Shown: in pieces, positions 1-9,933 of the stretch
Numbering within the stretch: position 1 is the first letter of the stretch
Layout of the letters: each line of letters starts with the position of its first letter
Notes under the pieces: model-generated
Databases searched by the model: none
What the model was told of the DNA's origin: nothing
What the model saw: only the letters and a program-made list of their open reading frames with translations
Position numbers and translations under genes: made by a program
NCBI GenBank assembly: GCA_015065225.1
Contig: SVQR01000002.1
Coordinates: 1-55,584, forward strand
Direction of reading: 5' to 3'
Source: Oscillospiraceae bacterium
GTDB lineage: Bacteria; Bacillota; Clostridia; Oscillospirales; CAG-382
Length of the DNA stretch: 55,584 nucleotides

Positions 1-33
1 CAAACTTATATAATTTCTGAAAGGGTAATAAAA

Positions 34-1266
34 ATGAAAAAGAACAGAATTTTTGCAGTGGCTCTCGCCGCTCTCCTTTCCGTTTCCGCGTTCACCGCAT
101 GCGGTTCCAAGAAGGAAGAAAAGAAAGACGAAACGGCAAAGCCTCTTACTCCTGAGGAACAGCTTGCTCAGGATATGGCTGAGCTTCCCGAAAAGGAAGA
201 CGAAAACAACGTAGATCCCGCAACCAAGGAAGAAGCAAAGAAGCTCGCAGATGAGATCACAAAAAGAGCAAGAGACGGTGAAGATTTCTACTCTCTCGTT
301 GAAGCATACGGTGAAGATCCCGGAATGTACAACAATCCCGAAGGTTACCTCTTCACATACGGTGCAATGGTTCCGGAATTTGAAGAAGCATCCTTCAAGC
401 TCAAAGTCGGAGAAATAAGCGATCCCGTAGAAACCACATACGGTTATCACATAATAAAGAAGCTTCCCCTCGATCTTGATCCCGCAAGCAAAGAATACCT
501 TGATATCGCTTACATGATAGGCGGTGAAAAGCTCAATGCCGAGCTGGAAGAGTTCCTTAGCACCGTGGAAGTTGTATACACAGATGCATTCAACAGTCTC
601 GGTATCCTTGACATGGGTACTCCCAAGGCGACGGAAGGTGCAGAGGCGGATGCCGCAGCAGTTCCCACCCTCTCCGGTTATGACTGGAAGTATGATGCAT
701 CCGAAGTAATGTTCACCATCGGCACAGCTCCCGTAACTTTCGGTGAATTCCGTTACTACGCAATGGGCAACAAGCCTTATGTTGACGGCGGCGATGACTC
801 CTACTGGACAGAAGAGAACACCGAGACATTTAAAAAGGATATCGTTGAACAGTTCAAGCAGTTTGTCGGTATAAAGCTCCTTGCAACCTCCGAAAAGTAC
901 GGTATCGAGCTTGATGCTACGGATGAAGCAAAGATAAATGACATGGTTACAAGCTACAAGGTACAGTTCGGTGAAGAAGGCCTCGCATCCCTTCTCGATG
1001 AGATGTTCGTTGACGAAGAGATCTTCAGATATATGCTCAGATACGATCAGTACGTTGAAAAGGTACTTCTCGCAAACGCTCCCGAAGCAGAGATCATGGC
1101 CTTTGCCGAAGAGAACTATGTACGCGTTCAGCACGTTCTTGTATCCTTCACACAGGAAGAGGCTGCAGTCGAAGAGGATGTAGCTCACGTTCACGAAGAA
1201 AATGCGGCTGAGCCGGAAACAGCTGAAGCTACAAACGAAGATACTGTTGTGGAAGCAGCCGAATAA
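34..1266 (+). CDS. PrsA-like lipoprotein peptidyl-prolyl cis-trans isomerase (parvulin/PpiC domain)
   Basis: 410-aa ORF. Signal peptide with a lipobox (LLSVSAFTAC). Parvulin-type motif (FEEASFKLKVGEISDPVETTYGYHIIKK). SD-like AAAGGG upstream. Acidic C-terminal tail. Confidence 0.8.
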   Translation: MKKNRIFAVALAALLSVSAFTACGSKKEEKKDETAKPLTPEEQLAQDMAELPEKEDENNVDPATKEEAKKLADEITKRARDGEDFYSLVEAYGEDPGMYNNPEGYLFTYGAMVPEFEEASFKLKVGEISDPVETTYGYHIIKKLPLDLDPASKEYLDIAYMIGGEKLNAELEEFLSTVEVVYTDAFNSLGILDMGTPKATEGAEADAAAVPTLSGYDWKYDASEVMFTIGTAPVTFGEFRYYAMGNKPYVDGGDDSYWTEENTETFKKDIVEQFKQFVGIKLLATSEKYGIELDATDEAKINDMVTSYKVQFGEEGLASLLDEMFVDEEIFRYMLRYDQYVEKVLLANAPEAEIMAFAEENYVRVQHVLVSFTQEEAAVEEDVAHVHEENAAEPETAEATNEDTVVEAAE

Positions 1267-1278
1267 TATCACATCATA

Positions 1279-1307
1279 CGGAGACCTTAACGGGTTTCCG
1301 TTTTTTT
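1279..1307 (+). terminator. Rho-independent terminator after the PrsA-like gene
   Basis: 8-bp stem cggagacc/gggtttccg (one G-U pair), followed by TTTTTTT at 1301-1307. Confidence 0.7.
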
Positions 1308-1361
1308 ATGCCGAAAATTCCGTGTATCGCGGGCTTTATCGTAATTTTAACGAAATATGTA

Positions 1362-1390
1362 TTGAAATTTCCTCCGATATGTTATATAAT
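1362..1390 (+). promoter_or_regulatory. SigA-type promoter for the envelope-acylation cluster
   Basis: TTGAAA (1362-1367), 17-nt spacer, TATAAT (1385-1390). Lies about 45 nt upstream of the ATG at 1436. Confidence 0.6.
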
Positions 1391-1435
1391 AATTTGAATA
1401 TTTATTTTTTCTGAAAGGAAAGGTTACACACAAAA

Positions 1436-3538
1436 ATGAGAAAGCCTCTTCTGTGCACACTTGCCCTGTCTTTATGTCTCGGATGCTGTTCCTGCGGCAG
1501 TGATATGTCGGATGATAAGATATCCGTTATGCTCACCGACGGCGACAATTTTGAGATAACAAGCGAGAATCCCGTAAGGATAAATAGTGGCGAAGATGCG
1601 GTCTTTGACGTTGAGCTTGATAAAAACTATAAATTCCCCTCCGATCTTCCGGATAATATGACATACAAAAAGGGACAGATAATAATCTCCGATGTAAAGT
1701 ATCCGGCGACATATGAGCTTTACGCCATTGATTCAAAGTCTACAAAAAAATATACATTCAGTCTGCAGTCACTCAGCGGTGGCGGATATACACGTTCCTC
1801 GGTAAGCTCGGGAAAATATCCAAATGGAACAAAGATCACGGTTTCGGCAACACCCAAGAAGGACTACGAATTTGTAGGCTGGTCACTTGATAAGACACTT
1901 CAGAACGAAGGAGAGCTCTTGTCATCGAACAGATCCTATTCCTTCATCCTTACAGAAGGCACGACGATACACGCAAACTTTATCAATACCGCTCCTAAGG
2001 TCGAGGATACATCATCAAAGCCTGCGGCTTCACTTAATGAATCGCGCATCATGCTCTATCATCCTAACGGCGGCATTATAAAAGATTCGGAGGATGAATT
2101 CTACACTGCAAAGACATACGATCACTATTTTCTGATGCCCAATACTCTCCCCGGTGCAAATGAGATATTCATCCGTGAAGGCTACAAGCTGGTCGGCTTC
2201 TCGGACAATGCGGACGGAAGCGGTAATTTCTACGGTCTCGGACATACCGCACGGTTTGCGCAAGGCGAAAGAGCTGTCACTTCCCTTTACTGTGTGTGGG
2301 AAAAATATTCCGACATATCTCTGTTTACATATGAAAATTATGAAAACGGACTTATAATTACAAAATACAACGGTAACGAAGAAAAGGTCGTCATTCCGGA
2401 AATAATAGACGGCAAAAAGGTGTTGAGTATCGCCAAAGGTGCGATATCCGGCGACAGAATAAAGACCATCATGCTTCCCTATTGCCTTGTAAGTGCCGAA
2501 TCGGGCGCGGTGTATGATTGTCCCTCTCTTGAAAAGGTACATATGTCCGATGCGATACGTTCTGTGCCGAACGATATGTTTACGGATACGGCAAAGATAA
2601 AGACCATCCATGTGGATGCGGCAATACGGCCGGCATATACATCAAATTACAGAAACTTCTCCCTTAAATATCAATACCTCATCTCGCTTCCGGATGATAG
2701 ACCAAAGGTAGTCGTACTTTCCGGATCAAACACAGACCACGGTGTGGATACGCTTCTCATGGAACAGAGCCTCGGCGGCAAGTACTACTGTGTGAATTTC
2801 GGAACGGATGCCGCTTTCAACATCACTCTCATTCTTGACAGTATCGGAAGCCTTCTCGGTGACGGTGACTACATGATACACAATTTTGAGCAGATGGATT
2901 ACTGCCGCGGTACATTCGAGATAAACGCCCTTTCCTTCCAGGGACTTGAATCCAACTACAACATTCTCTCGCTTGTTGATTTCTCAAAGTACACTAACTT
3001 CTTTGAAGCTCTTTGCGCTTTCAATGAAACGAGAGGAAAAAGCATCGGCGGTGATTACAATTCAAACCCCAATGTCCACAACAAACGCGGTGAAAAGCAC
3101 TCTATACAGGGTAATTACAACACCGATGACTTCTTTGTAGGCTCAAACGGCAGATTTGAATTTTCCGATACGCTCATATCCAAAGAGGAAGCCGCAAATC
3201 TCTGTTCTGTTTATGACAATATAAGAGCAACAGGTGCAACGGTACTTGTCTCCTATCCCTCCTTCAACTACAATGCGGTAATTGAGGAGTACAGGAATAA
3301 AGATGCATATGACGAGTATGACAGCTTCCTTCGGGAGAATCTCAATGCTCCTCTTATTTCAAAGGTTCATGACTATATCTTCCCCGGAAAGTATATGTCC
3401 AACACGGACTATCATCTTAACGAACACGGCAGAAAGATACGTACTGCAAATCTTCTTCGTGACTTCTGCGCTTACACAAAGGATGAATATACCCCCATAG
3501 ATGTTTCGGATGAAGATCTGAGCTTCTGGAACAACTGA
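1436..3538 (+). CDS. Surface lipoprotein with Flg_new/Listeria-Bacteroides-type repeats, a BspA-type leucine-rich repeat and a C-terminal DltD/AlgJ-like SGNH-fold module
   Basis: 700 aa. Lipobox (LCLGCCSC). Repeats KDYEFVGWS and EGYKLVGFSDNADGSG. LRR segment VIPEIIDGKKVLSIAKGAISGDRIKTIMLP. C-terminal motif NTDYHLNEHGRK, shared with the ORF at 5306-6757. Adjacent to an MBOAT gene. Confidence 0.65.
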   Translation: MRKPLLCTLALSLCLGCCSCGSDMSDDKISVMLTDGDNFEITSENPVRINSGEDAVFDVELDKNYKFPSDLPDNMTYKKGQIIISDVKYPATYELYAIDSKSTKKYTFSLQSLSGGGYTRSSVSSGKYPNGTKITVSATPKKDYEFVGWSLDKTLQNEGELLSSNRSYSFILTEGTTIHANFINTAPKVEDTSSKPAASLNESRIMLYHPNGGIIKDSEDEFYTAKTYDHYFLMPNTLPGANEIFIREGYKLVGFSDNADGSGNFYGLGHTARFAQGERAVTSLYCVWEKYSDISLFTYENYENGLIITKYNGNEEKVVIPEIIDGKKVLSIAKGAISGDRIKTIMLPYCLVSAESGAVYDCPSLEKVHMSDAIRSVPNDMFTDTAKIKTIHVDAAIRPAYTSNYRNFSLKYQYLISLPDDRPKVVVLSGSNTDHGVDTLLMEQSLGGKYYCVNFGTDAAFNITLILDSIGSLLGDGDYMIHNFEQMDYCRGTFEINALSFQGLESNYNILSLVDFSKYTNFFEALCAFNETRGKSIGGDYNSNPNVHNKRGEKHSIQGNYNTDDFFVGSNGRFEFSDTLISKEEAANLCSVYDNIRATGATVLVSYPSFNYNAVIEEYRNKDAYDEYDSFLRENLNAPLISKVHDYIFPGKYMSNTDYHLNEHGRKIRTANLLRDFCAYTKDEYTPIDVSDEDLSFWNN

Positions 3539-3571
3539 TACTGCTTCTTGTTTTTGAAAGGTTTTACTGTT

Positions 3572-3829
3572 ATGACTGATCTTATATATTTTGATGTGCC
3601 GATGATGTGGCTGATACCGCTTTTTGCGGCACTTCTCTCGGTGCTGAGTGCTCTCTTGGGCAAGGTGAAGATACTTCCGTGGATCTGTGCCGCACTTCAC
3701 GGTATTGCAATTGCCGCGATAATATATCTTGACGGCGGACTTACCGATATATTCTTAATGCTGATAATATCGCTTATCGCATCCTCTGTATGCACATCAT
3801 TCGTGAATAAAGGAGGAAAGAAGCAATGA
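3572..3829 (+). CDS. Small integral membrane protein of about 85 aa, unknown function, coupled to the MBOAT gene
   Basis: ATG at 3572 with GAAAGG about 10 nt upstream (the track ORF starts at a TTG at 3548). Hydrophobic, about 3 TM segments. Its stop overlaps the MBOAT start (ATGA at 3826-3829). Confidence 0.55.
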   Translation: MTDLIYFDVPMMWLIPLFAALLSVLSALLGKVKILPWICAALHGIAIAAIIYLDGGLTDIFLMLIISLIASSVCTSFVNKGGKKQ

Positions 3830-5289
3830 CATTCAATTCTGTCGCCTTTCTCCTTTTCTTCCCGGTAGTGCTGTTGTTTCACTTCCTTGTACCGACAAAG
3901 TACAGATGTGTTCCGCTTCTTATACTGAGCTACTACTTCTATGCCTGCTGGAACGTGGGACTTATGGGACTTATCATATTTACAACTGCGGTCTCATATG
4001 TTTCCGGCTTACTGCTTGAACGTACAGACAAAAAAAGCACCCGAAGACTTCTTCTTGCGATAACGCTCATCGCTTGTCTCGGTGTACTGTTCTTCTATAA
4101 ATATTTCGACTTCTTCACATCCACGGTAAGCTCGGTGATATCGCTGTTCTCCGGAGCTCCTTTCGCAGGTGTGTCACTTGAACTCATACTTCCCGTAGGT
4201 ATCTCCTTCTATACGTTCCAGACATTGTCCTATGTAATAGATGTATACAGAAAGAACATCCCCGCAGAGAAAAACTTTATTTACTACGCACTTTTCGTGA
4301 CATTCTTCCCTCAGCTTGTTGCAGGACCTATCGAGCGACCGGAAAATCTTCTTCCTCAGCTCAAGGCTCCTCACAGATTTTCAAAGGAAAACTTTGTCAC
4401 AGGCTCTGCAGTAATGCTGATAGGATACTTCAAGAAGATCGCTGTTGCCGATATAATAGCTCCTTACGTTAATTCGGTATTCAACAATGCTTCTTCAGCA
4501 ACGGGACTTGCCGTTATCCTTGCAAGCTGTCTTTTTGCCGTGCAGATATACTGCGACTTCTCCGGCTACACGGATATTGCGATAGGCTGTTCAAGGATAA
4601 TGGGCATAAAGCTCATGCAAAACTTCAACCGTCCTTATATGTCAAAATCCATAAAGGAATTCTGGTCAAGATGGCACATAAGTCTTTCTTCCTGGTTTAA
4701 GGACTACCTTTACATACCTCTCGGCGGCAACAGATGCTCAAAATTGCGCAATATGATCAATATTATGATAGTCTTTACCGTCAGCGGTCTTTGGCACGGT
4801 GCAAACATGACCTTTGTACTCTGGGGTGCACTCCACGGCTTCTATCAGATAATCGGAAGGGTAACTCTTAAAGCAAGAAACGGCTTTATCGGAAAGATCG
4901 GTCTTTCGGAAGAATCGTCTGTCATAAAGGCATGGAGGACATTTTTCACCTTCGTACTTGTAACCTTCGCATGGATATTCTTCAGAGCAAACAGCATATC
5001 CGACCTGGGTATACTTCTCTCAAAGCTCGTATCTCCCGGATCATTTACAGAGTTGGGCAACATCATGGGACTTACCCTCTCGTCATGTGTCGTTATAATA
5101 CTTGCGATAGTGCTTCTCGGCTTCTTCGACAGAAAGATGAACCCCACGGGAAGTTTTGAAGGTCTCAATGACAAGACGATAGCCTTCTCCGTCGGTGAAG
5201 CAATGCTCCTTATATGGACAGTACTTGCGGCATGGTTTATACTTTATTCCAAGGGCGTATCAAGCACGTTCATCTACTTCCGATTCTGA
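3826..5289 (+). CDS. MBOAT-family membrane O-acyltransferase (DltB/AlgI/PatA-like)
   Basis: 487 aa, polytopic. Family motifs FWSRWHISLSSWFKDYLYIPLGGN and SGLWHGAN (conserved His). Confidence 0.9.
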   Translation: MTFNSVAFLLFFPVVLLFHFLVPTKYRCVPLLILSYYFYACWNVGLMGLIIFTTAVSYVSGLLLERTDKKSTRRLLLAITLIACLGVLFFYKYFDFFTSTVSSVISLFSGAPFAGVSLELILPVGISFYTFQTLSYVIDVYRKNIPAEKNFIYYALFVTFFPQLVAGPIERPENLLPQLKAPHRFSKENFVTGSAVMLIGYFKKIAVADIIAPYVNSVFNNASSATGLAVILASCLFAVQIYCDFSGYTDIAIGCSRIMGIKLMQNFNRPYMSKSIKEFWSRWHISLSSWFKDYLYIPLGGNRCSKLRNMINIMIVFTVSGLWHGANMTFVLWGALHGFYQIIGRVTLKARNGFIGKIGLSEESSVIKAWRTFFTFVLVTFAWIFFRANSISDLGILLSKLVSPGSFTELGNIMGLTLSSCVVIILAIVLLGFFDRKMNPTGSFEGLNDKTIAFSVGEAMLLIWTVLAAWFILYSKGVSSTFIYFRF

Positions 5290-5305
5290 GAAAGGAGTGT
5301 TATAA

Positions 5306-6757
5306 ATGAAGATCTTAAAAGCTATACTTACAAAAGTACTTCCCTTTGTCATAATACTCTTTATTCCCTTTGCTCTTATGGCGGCAATGTCAAAGAGCAT
5401 CCCGGATCAGTACGGCAACACATTCCTTGCGGGACTTAAGCCAAAGTATGAAAGACTTTACGGTACGGACAGCCCAAAAGTAATAGTTGTCGGCGGCAGT
5501 AATGTGGCATTCGGTATGGACAGCGAGCTTATGGAAAAACAATTGGGACGTCCCTGTATAAACTTCGGACTTTACGCTGACCTCGGTACAAAAGCGATGC
5601 TTGACCTTTCGGAAGATGCTGTCGGCAAGGGCGATGTTGTGATAATCTGTCCGGAGACGGATGCTCAGACATACTCTCTCCATTTTGATGCGAGAAATAT
5701 GTGGCAGGCAGTTGAATCCGATCCTTCTATGATAACAAGGCTTCCCTCGGATGATATGATGAAAGTCTTAGCTGCATTTCCCGACTACTACAAGGCGAAA
5801 AAGGAATTTTACAAAACAGGCACAACTCCCAACCCGGAGGGCGTATACAGAGCAGATTCCTTCAATGAGCTTGGTGACTTGATATATAAGAGAAAATACA
5901 ACGCCATGCTCTCATTTGTTGACGAAAACAAGCTCGTGAACCTTTCTCCCGACCTTATCACCGATGAATTTGCGGACTATCTCAACAATTATGCCAAAAA
6001 GGCACAGAAAAAAGGTGCGAAGGTATACTTCAGCTTTCCTCCCATAAACAACGAATCCCTCACCGAAGATACAACAGATGAGACTGTCTACGGATTCTAT
6101 AAGGCTCTTGTCGAAAAGCTTGATTTCGAGGTCATAAGCAGCATTGACGATTATATTCTTGACAAAGAGTATTTCTTTGACACAAACTATCATCTCAACG
6201 AAACAGGTGCGGAATACAGAACATCTCTTCTGTCAGCCGATATCCTGCGTGCGGAGGGTAATACTGCGATAAATCTCGATCTTTCATTCCCGATGGCTCC
6301 GATACGTCCGGATGACCTCTTTGGTTTTAATGTCAACGATGATAGGACAGGATTTTTTGAATTCAAGGAAGAAGAAATCGGCGGTCGGAAGGTCGCAATA
6401 CTTACGGGACTTACCGAAAGCGGTGCAAGTGAAGATCTCCTTACAATGCCGGTATCCTATAACGGACTTCCCGTTGTTGCAATAGAGGCGAACGCATTCT
6501 CAAAGAGCACTGTACTTGAGAGAGTGTTCATATCCGATAATTCGAATATCACATCCTTCAGAGACGGTGCGTTTGACAACTGTCCCACTCTCAGAAGTGT
6601 CGAACTGACAGTACCCCCCACACAGATAAAGGCATCTCCGAATGTCTTTGGTGAAACTGCAGAGAATGTAATGTTCTATGTAACAAAGGAGCTTTATTCC
6701 GATTACATGACAGACTATGAGTGGGGATCACACTTTGAGAGAATAACACTTATGTAA
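5306..6757 (+). CDS. Membrane-anchored DltD/AlgJ-like SGNH-fold protein with a C-terminal BspA-type leucine-rich repeat
   Basis: 483 aa. N-terminal TM helix. VVGGSNVAFG, and FDTNYHLNETGAEYR (paralogous to 1436-3538). C-terminal LRR LPVVAIEANAFSKSTVLERVFISDNSNITSFRDGAFDNCPTLRSVEL. SD AAAGGAG. Confidence 0.65.
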   Translation: MKILKAILTKVLPFVIILFIPFALMAAMSKSIPDQYGNTFLAGLKPKYERLYGTDSPKVIVVGGSNVAFGMDSELMEKQLGRPCINFGLYADLGTKAMLDLSEDAVGKGDVVIICPETDAQTYSLHFDARNMWQAVESDPSMITRLPSDDMMKVLAAFPDYYKAKKEFYKTGTTPNPEGVYRADSFNELGDLIYKRKYNAMLSFVDENKLVNLSPDLITDEFADYLNNYAKKAQKKGAKVYFSFPPINNESLTEDTTDETVYGFYKALVEKLDFEVISSIDDYILDKEYFFDTNYHLNETGAEYRTSLLSADILRAEGNTAINLDLSFPMAPIRPDDLFGFNVNDDRTGFFEFKEEEIGGRKVAILTGLTESGASEDLLTMPVSYNGLPVVAIEANAFSKSTVLERVFISDNSNITSFRDGAFDNCPTLRSVELTVPPTQIKASPNVFGETAENVMFYVTKELYSDYMTDYEWGSHFERITLM

Positions 6758-6777
6758 ACTCCGAAAGGAAGATAAAT

Positions 6778-7548
6778 ATGCGAATAGTAATAAAGGTCGG
6801 TACATCGACACTTGCCCACAGTGGCGGAAGAATGAATATAAGACGTATAGAAAAGCTCTGCAAGGTATTGTCGGATCTCAAGAACGCGGGAAATGAAGTT
6901 GTTCTTGTATCATCCGGTGCAATAGGCATGGGCGTAGGCAAGCTGTCCCTCGGTGAAAAGCCTGCGGATATACCCACAAAACAGGCTGCAGCGGCGGTAG
7001 GTCAGTGCGAGCTGATGTATACATACGACAAGCTGTTTACCGAATACAATCATACCGTAGCACAGGTTCTTCTTGTAAAGAGCGATATCGACAACGAACA
7101 CAGACGTCACAACTTCCATAACACAATGTCAAGACTTCTGGAGCTGGGTGCACTTCCCATCATAAACGAGAACGACACCGTATCCACCGAAGAGATCGTA
7201 ATAGGAGACAATGATACACTTTCTGCGATAGTTGCGGTTGAAACAGGCGCGGATCTGCTTGTACTTCTGTCGGATATTGACGGACTGTATACCGCAGACC
7301 CCCACAAAGATCCCGATGCAAAACTTATTGAGGAAGTTCGCGAGATAACACCGGAAATACTCGCTCTTGCGGGCGGTGCGGGATCAAGTCTCGGCACAGG
7401 CGGAATGGAAACAAAGCTCAGAGCTGCACAAATGGCGACACAGGCGGGAACGGATATGATAATCGCCAACGGTGAAAATCCGGATATCCTTTATAATATA
7501 GTTGACGGTATCCCCTTCGGAACAAGATTCTACAGCAGCAAAAAGTGA
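6778..7548 (+). CDS. proB: Glutamate 5-kinase (short form, no PUA domain)
   Basis: 256 aa. MRIVIKVGTSTL..., VSSGAIGMG, INENDTV and GTGGMETKL motifs. Followed by proA. Confidence 0.9.
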   Translation: MRIVIKVGTSTLAHSGGRMNIRRIEKLCKVLSDLKNAGNEVVLVSSGAIGMGVGKLSLGEKPADIPTKQAAAAVGQCELMYTYDKLFTEYNHTVAQVLLVKSDIDNEHRRHNFHNTMSRLLELGALPIINENDTVSTEEIVIGDNDTLSAIVAVETGADLLVLLSDIDGLYTADPHKDPDAKLIEEVREITPEILALAGGAGSSLGTGGMETKLRAAQMATQAGTDMIIANGENPDILYNIVDGIPFGTRFYSSKK

Positions 7549-7555
7549 GGCAGAT

Positions 7556-8812
7556 ATGACAACACAACAGATAATGCAAAACGCAAAGGAAGCGAAAAAA
7601 TCGGCAATCCTTTTAACAGAAGAAAAAAAGAATCAGGCTCTTACCGCAATGGCTTCGGCGCTTGTACTTGATACAGAAACGATACTTTCGGAAAACAAAA
7701 AAGACATCGAAAATGCAAGAGGCAAGATATCCGATGTCATGATAGACAGACTTAGCCTTTCAAGTGACAGGATAAAAGCAATGGCAAACGGTATAATTGC
7801 TGTGGCACAGCTTCCCGATCCATGCTCTGTGGTGCTTTCCGAGTATATAAGAGAAGATGGCCTTGAAATACGCAAAAAGTCCGTTCCCATGGGCGTTGTG
7901 GCGATAATATATGAATCACGTCCCAATGTTACAAGCGATGCGGTGGCACTGTGTCTGAAGTCGGGAAATGTTTGCATCCTTCGCGGAGGCAAGGAAGCAT
8001 ATAACAGCTCGAAGGCAATAGTCAACGCACTTCGCAAGGGGCTTCGTGCTTCGGGACTTTCCGAGGATCTTGTATCACTTGTTGACGATATTACACGTCA
8101 GAGTGCGACAGACCTTATGACAGGTGTCGGATATATAGATCTCCTCATTCCGAGAGGCGGTGCGGGACTTATAAAGGCGTGCACGGAAAATGCAAAGGTT
8201 CCCTGCATAGAAACAGGTACAGGCATATGTCATATATACATTGACAAGGATGCGGACATTGAAAAAGCGGTAAAGATACTGTACAATGCAAAGACATCTC
8301 GCCCTTCGGTATGCAATGCCTGTGAGGTATGTCTTATACATAAGGATATAGCGGAAGAAGTACTGCCGAGAATAAAAAAAGCCCTCGTTGACGAAAGACG
8401 AAATCGAGGCGAGATACCGGTAGAGCTTCGACTTTGCGACAAGGCGGCAAAAGTGATCGACGGCACAAAGAGCAACGATAAAGATTTTGATACGGAATTT
8501 CTCGATTATATTCTTGCGGTCAAGGTGGTTGACAGTCTTGATGAGGCAATAGATCACATCAGCATACACTCCACCCGTCACAGCGAAGCGATAATTACGG
8601 AGAATTCCGATGCCGCAGAGCTTTTTACAAGAAGCATAGACAGCTCGTCTCTGTACATTAATGCATCCACGAGATTTACCGACGGCGGTGAGTTCGGGCT
8701 GGGATGTGAGATGGGAATATCCACTCAGAGACTTCACGCAAGAGGTCCGATGGGACTTCGGGAGCTTACCACTTACAAGTATGTTATTACGGGTGACGGA
8801 CACATCAGATAA
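7556..8812 (+). CDS. proA: Gamma-glutamyl phosphate reductase
   Basis: ATG at 7556, after GTGAGG and just past the proB stop (7546-7548). The track ORF is extended upstream to 7502. Aldehyde-dehydrogenase-type ProA motifs (IYESRPNVT, NASTRFTDGGEFG). Confidence 0.9.
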   Translation: MTTQQIMQNAKEAKKSAILLTEEKKNQALTAMASALVLDTETILSENKKDIENARGKISDVMIDRLSLSSDRIKAMANGIIAVAQLPDPCSVVLSEYIREDGLEIRKKSVPMGVVAIIYESRPNVTSDAVALCLKSGNVCILRGGKEAYNSSKAIVNALRKGLRASGLSEDLVSLVDDITRQSATDLMTGVGYIDLLIPRGGAGLIKACTENAKVPCIETGTGICHIYIDKDADIEKAVKILYNAKTSRPSVCNACEVCLIHKDIAEEVLPRIKKALVDERRNRGEIPVELRLCDKAAKVIDGTKSNDKDFDTEFLDYILAVKVVDSLDEAIDHISIHSTRHSEAIITENSDAAELFTRSIDSSSLYINASTRFTDGGEFGLGCEMGISTQRLHARGPMGLRELTTYKYVITGDGHIR

Positions 8813-8882
8813 GATCGGAATGTTTCCGCCAAAGTATAAAATACATTCGGAATAATGCAGAATTGAACGAATATAACAAGAA

Positions 8883-8916
8883 AACGCCTAACCATGATGG
8901 TCGGGCGTTATTTTTT
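8883..8916. terminator. Bidirectional terminator between convergent proA and the MBL-fold gene
   Basis: Hairpin aacgcct...gggcgtt. A-run upstream, TTTTTT downstream. Confidence 0.6.
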
Positions 8917-8925
8917 GCTTGTTTT

Positions 8926-9681
8926 TCAGATCTCGTATGATCTCCAAAGCTCCGGAGATATAACATCCCCGTCAAAGCTTTCCTTTATTGCGGACACAGA
9001 CCTCTCCACCGCAGTCATCGGCCCATGTACAAGAAACAGCTTCTTTGTTCCGCTTTCAAGTGCTGTCCTTGCGGCATCGTAGGCACAGGAATGGCCGTTT
9101 GCCCAAAAATCATGTTCGGGAGAACCGACTCCCATGGAAAATTCGTGGATGACCGCATCGCATCCCTTGAAGAATTCCGCAATTTCGGGAGTATATCTTG
9201 AATCACCCAATATTCCAAGAGTTTTGTCTCCGATGGTGAATCTGTAACAGAGTCCTTTTATTGCATGAGATGATTCCAAACATTCAACATGAAGGTCATC
9301 TATATCAAAGCTGTCGCCGCCGTAAAGCTCGTGTACCGTCGGCATTGGTGCGCCTTCATAGTATTTATCGAACATACACATCATCTTTGCACGTTCAACG
9401 GTGTCGGCAATATCCTGATGATGACCGTAGATATGTGCTGTAGTCTTCCTTGTCTGCATCTTGTAGAACAGAAACAGAGGAAGTCCCATTATGTGATCGT
9501 GATGACAATGTGTTACAAAAACGTGTTCTATGTCATTCGGATCTATACCGATATCCGCAAGCGTAAGTGCCGATTTATATCCGAGATCCACAAGATACTT
9601 TCTGTCAATTATAAAGCATGGTGTATCCCCATGATGCTCATCCGGGATGCACTTTGATTTTCCGAGAAAGATTATTTCCAT
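8926..9681 (-). CDS. MBL-fold metallo-hydrolase
   Basis: 251 aa. HxHxDH motif (THCHHDH). Confidence 0.8.
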   Translation of the reverse strand: MEIIFLGKSKCIPDEHHGDTPCFIIDRKYLVDLGYKSALTLADIGIDPNDIEHVFVTHCHHDHIMGLPLFLFYKMQTRKTTAHIYGHHQDIADTVERAKMMCMFDKYYEGAPMPTVHELYGGDSFDIDDLHVECLESSHAIKGLCYRFTIGDKTLGILGDSRYTPEIAEFFKGCDAVIHEFSMGVGSPEHDFWANGHSCAYDAARTALESGTKKLFLVHGPMTAVERSVSAIKESFDGDVISPELWRSYEI

Positions 9682-9836
9682 ATATGATTTATCCTTAAGA
9701 ACAATTTTCTCATATTATACACCCGACTTGAAATATTGTCAAGCATCTATCGCAAAATTTCAACATATACTTAATAATATCACATTAATATCAGAAAAGC
9801 GGCAAAAAATCTTAACTCAATCTTTATATCGTGCAA

Positions 9837-9866
9837 TTGACAACACTCGACAAAAAATGCTATAAT
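9837..9866 (+). promoter_or_regulatory. SigA-type promoter upstream of the BCR/HAD-family operon
   Basis: TTGACA (9837-9842), 18-nt spacer, TGcTATAAT (TATAAT at 9861-9866). Confidence 0.55.
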
Positions 9867-9933
9867 ATAATATTATAATGAAAGTTATTATGCCCTGCGA
9901 TATTAAATGAAAGGTGGCAAGTTCAGCTAAAAA

